A stretch of DNA of 63,608 nt, filler included, from Tricharina praecox (lineage: Eukaryota), in NCBI RefSeq assembly GCF_024521635.1. It is 3 parts of 3 records of this genome, joined end to end, with 100 filler letters (N's around TTAATTAATTAA, not from the genome) between each part and the next. Parts side by side here need not be neighbours in the genome. Positions count along the whole stretch, not along the records: positions 56,625 to 63,608 come from NW_026250492.1; 2 more parts are not named here. One strand, 5' to 3'. This document shows, in pieces, positions 59,876 through 63,608 of this stretch. Each line of letters starts with the position of its first letter. Position 1 is the stretch's first letter. Both the position numbers and the translations under genes were made by a program. Below the pieces are notes generated by a model, which saw only the letters and a program-made list of their open reading frames with translations, was not told the DNA's origin and ran no database searches.

Positions 59876-61045
59876 CTAATACAAATCGGATTCCCATGTC
59901 CCCTTTCTCCTCATAACTACCAGCTCAAATCCCCGCGTCCACTGCAGGGCATCCCACTCCTCCCAGATGTTAACCCACCCCTGCTCGCCCTCCATCCACC
60001 GCATCCCCTCAACAATCCACAGCTTGACATTCCTCGCCCTCCGCCCCAATAGGCCTTCAAACCCACCGTGGTTATTCCACGCAACAAAAAACCCACTCGT
60101 CGTCAACTCCTTCAGCTTCGGAAACTCGAGCGTCTCTTCGACAAGTGGACACGCCAGACCTGGGCCAATTCCCGTCATCGCAACCGACAGCTTCACCAGC
60201 TTGCCAGACATCGCCTTCAATACCGTCCTCCACGCCCTATCCACCGCACCAGTCTCCCACGACTTCATGCCGACCAAACTCTCCCTGGTCATCATCATAT
60301 CCACCTCCGTCAACCGCGCCCACCACGACTTCCTAACCCCGCGCCCCTCCCACGCCATCTCCGGATTTAGCACCCACACCCCACAAGCATGTCCACTGTA
60401 TCCCCACCCGGTCAGCCCCCTAACCAGCGAGCGATCCTCCATCACATGGCGCACCGAGATGAGCGCCTCGTCAACGACATCCCTCGCGAGCCCCTTCCCC
60501 ACGGGTTCGCCCAGCGTAACAATATCGACCCTCTTCAATCCTGGTAGGGCGCCGAACACGCGAGCCCAGCCGGCGACTCTCGACGCCTCTTCCCAAAGCC
60601 CCTGCGCCTCCGCCTCGGCGACCACGAGGTTGGTGTGCTCCTCCAGCCGGTACCGGCCGGTCTCATCCCAGAATCCGTCGCGGGGAATGTGGAAGAAGGA
60701 GAAGATTCGGTCTTTGTCCTCGGGAAGCCGCGGCGGCAGCGTCAGCACGGTGGAGTCTGAGTGACGGAGCGTTATTGTCAGATGTGTGCAGAGTGTGCCG
60801 ATGCGACCGAGGGCGGCGATGGCGGCGGGGCAAAAGGCGCCGGCTTTGAAGATCAGCTGTAGGTATTTGAAGGCTTCGAGAGCGTAGAGAGACGTGATCT
60901 CCTTGAGAGTGCGGGAGCAGCTGCGAAGTGAGAGCAGGGAGTGGGTATTGAGGTAAGAGAAAATTAGAGTCCGCGGGTGGGAGGGAGACTGCGTCTCGCT
61001 GGGACTATATTCGAGGACGGTTTCGAGGTATGATGTAGATACCAT
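59876..61045 (-). CDS. Hypothetical protein, 389 aa, with an F-box-like N-terminus
   Basis: Long single ORF; LIFSYLNTHSLLSLRSCSRTL resembles an F-box, followed by LRR-like segments. Confidence 0.75.
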   Translation of the reverse strand: MVSTSYLETVLEYSPSETQSPSHPRTLIFSYLNTHSLLSLRSCSRTLKEITSLYALEAFKYLQLIFKAGAFCPAAIAALGRIGTLCTHLTITLRHSDSTVLTLPPRLPEDKDRIFSFFHIPRDGFWDETGRYRLEEHTNLVVAEAEAQGLWEEASRVAGWARVFGALPGLKRVDIVTLGEPVGKGLARDVVDEALISVRHVMEDRSLVRGLTGWGYSGHACGVWVLNPEMAWEGRGVRKSWWARLTEVDMMMTRESLVGMKSWETGAVDRAWRTVLKAMSGKLVKLSVAMTGIGPGLACPLVEETLEFPKLKELTTSGFFVAWNNHGGFEGLLGRRARNVKLWIVEGMRWMEGEQGWVNIWEEWDALQWTRGFELVVMRRKGTWESDLY

Positions 61046-61288
61046 GGTGTTGTGTGTATCGTTGTTAAAGTGAGATCTGGCAATGGTGAATGTTCTTATA
61101 TTCCGACTTCGTACAAAGGTAAGGTGAATGCTTAACCACTAGCGGCATCATAGAAGCTATAATCACACAGTGCGCATTCTACGCACACTTTGACTCTAGA
61201 TAAACCCTATCCATTTCATAAACATGATATCCCCACAAACGCCACACCGCCGTATGCATCTAGGTAGCTGACAACAAGGAAACAATCC

Positions 61289-63608
61289 TCACTTCTTCTT
61301 CCTGCCCTTCCCAACACCATCCATCACTTCCCAAAACAGCCCCACCCACATCTTCTGGCTCGCAGTCAACTCCCTCTCCGGGTTCTTCCAAGCAGCCTTG
61401 AGAACGTCGCCAACTCTCCTTCTCAGGACCTTCACAGCCACTAAGCTTTTCCAGCCTTGAAAGGCAAAGCGAATTCGGTTTCCATCGATTGCGGCGATTC
61501 CAGGGAACATCTGGTTAAAAAATCAGCACCTCCACAGCTATAAACAAAAGATAAAGACACATACCTTCCACTCAACATCGCCGCAAAGTACGGCGATGCC
61601 AAGATCTTCGACCCCCCCTGTATCGTGAGCATCATAGGTCTTCCTTCCTCCTCCAGCCTGCATGATCCCGTAATAGCACAGCCACTCGCAGTCGGTGTCT
61701 CTGTTGACGCTCGTCTGGTGCACCTTGACACTCTTGCCACTGCCGACGTTTCTCCAACCTTTACCGTCTCTAGAAAGCAACTTTGGATAAAAAGCAGCGG
61801 CGACGACAGCATTACAGATTTCGTCATTGGTGCTTCCATGGTTATAGGAATCAGGGACGACGAAGAAGAAGTTTCTGCGATAGCTCTGGTACCTAGCGCG
61901 GTTAAGCGCCGCGCGTTGGGGTGGCTCTAGAGTGATGAAACCGGCGTCCAGAACCGCAGCAGTGAGTTGACCTTTGAGATCTTCGATGCCACTTAAGGTA
62001 CGCTGCGACAGATAATTTTTGCGGCAAAATTCGCCCTCCGATATGTGTTGCTTTGACGTGCAAACTCGTCGCCACGCGGAGTAGGCATTGTAGCCAGTCA
62101 GGAGATCCGAATCGCCACGTTTGAAAGACAGCTTGGCGCGATCCGCTTCTCCTCCGGATCCATACGGTGCGGCGAAAGGGGACTTGGAGCTTAGCAGGGC
62201 AGCAATGGTGAGGGCGGCATCGAGACATCCGAAGATGCTACCAAGAAGGACCAGCTTGCCAAGGTAGACATCAAGCGGCAACTTAGCGAGTTGGCGACCA
62301 AGAGGCGTTAATTCTTCGTCCTGGGTAAGGGCTTTGACATCGACCAAGGAGTCAACAGCTCTTCTGATATTTTTCGGTGTGGGAGAATCGAGGGCAGAGG
62401 TGAGCACCTCTTCGACGTTTCCGAGGTTACAAATCTTCACTCTGAGCACTAGGTCCTGTAGCGAGAGGCGCATAATCTCGGGGGTTTGCTGCTCCGCCAT
62501 AGACGTATCGTGGCGTTCCTTGGTGAAAAGATGAAAACATATTCCCGGCTGAACACGGCCTGCTCGTCCTCGTCGCTGCTTTGCGTTGGCCTGGGAAACG
62601 AAAGTCTCGATCAATCTCGAGAGCTGACGTTTTTCATCAAATCGCATCTCCTTGTGTTTTCCTGTATCGATGACGGCCGTGACGTCCGGAATCGTGATAC
62701 CCGTCTCCGCAATATTCGTAGCCAAAACAATCTTACGCATTCCCGGTGGAGGGATAAGGAAAGCTTGCTCTTGGTCTTCGGATGCTATAGTGGAATGCAG
62801 TGGATAGATGAGCCAGTTATTCATGCCATGTCTTCCGTGGGAACCAAACATGGGATGGCCGAGAATCATATCGTTGACTCTCCGGATCTCGGCCAATCCT
62901 GGCAGAAACACAAGAATAGCCTTCGAGTAATCCACGAATTGGGGAGAAGTTGCGATGGTCTCCAACAGCTTTAGGATTAAGTCGTAAGGAATTCGGTACT
63001 CATCGATCCGGCTGAGCGTCAATTTTGTTTCCGGGGAATACGCTTGTAGGTTTCCGGTAGAGGCTCCACTCCCACTCTCAGTGTCCAACTCTGCGTCGTT
63101 ATCGTCCCACTCGTTTTTACGAGATCGTGGGTTTCGGGGATCTTCCTCGATTTTGAATCCAGTGGCCTCGACGGCATCCTCGAGGTAAAAGTGCTGGACC
63201 GGGAAAGTTCGTCCAGGAACCTTGAGCACAGGGGCACCTCCCAAGTAGTCCGAGAACCGCTCAGCATCGACGGTGGCAGACATCAGTACAACCTTCAAAT
63301 CCTTTCTCTTGACGAGTAGCCTCTTCAGCACCACCATCAAGAAGTCACTCTCGATACTTCGTTCGTGCACCTCGTCCAGTATCAGGTGTGTCACATCAGC
63401 GAGTTCAGTGCTTCGTTCGAGCATCCTCATCACGATACCGGTTGTTGCATAGATCAGCCGCGTCTGGTCGGTAACCATATTCTCGAGACGAATGGCGTAT
63501 CCAACCAGACCACCGACTTTGCCTTTCCCCTCTCCCATTTCCTCGGAAACTCTTCGAGCAAGACTAACAGCGGAGATACGACGAGGCTGCGTACAGTAGA
63601 TTTGCAAG
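61289..63608 (-). CDS. DEAH/RHA-family RNA helicase (DHX29/DHX57-like), 5' end outside the window; intron 61511-61564
   Basis: TQPRRISA, DEVH, MSAT, ATNIAETGITI, QRRGRAGRV, HA2 region LTPLG..LA.LP; GTATGT...CTGAT...CAG intron to the last exon 61510-61289. Confidence 0.95.

Noticed and set aside
59967..60764. 265-aa plus-strand Ser/Thr/Pro-rich ORF
   Set aside because: Antisense shadow of the 389-aa gene.

Overview
Filamentous-ascomycete genomic DNA: short 51-66 nt spliceosomal introns with CTRAC/CTAAT-type branch points. Pezizomycete affinity is a guess only. Two artificial N44-TTAATTAATTAA-N44 linkers (28789-28888, 56525-56624) split the window into three pieces, so adjacency across them is unproven. 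Left piece: about 8.8 kb of microsatellite-rich DNA with no credible CDS, then a CDF metal transporter, a four-exon orphan gene, a ChrA chromate transporter, a MARVEL protein, a secreted GH16 glucanase and RDH54/RAD54B (one intron apparently GC-AG). Middle piece (27.6 kb): almost entirely nested Ty3/Gypsy chromoviruses with at least four LTR types, four solo LTRs with intact 5-bp TSDs, and one young near-intact element (49292 to >56524). The young element shows a Tf1-type self-priming site instead of a tRNA PBS, a GGATTTT -1 frameshift site followed by a predicted pseudoknot with compensatory changes in older copies, and a long coiled-coil Gag N-terminal extension interrupted by one TGA. Right piece: a degenerate CorA-like gene, an F-box-like hypothetical gene and the 3' part of a DEAH-box helicase. 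All family calls come from motif recognition by eye; no database search was run.
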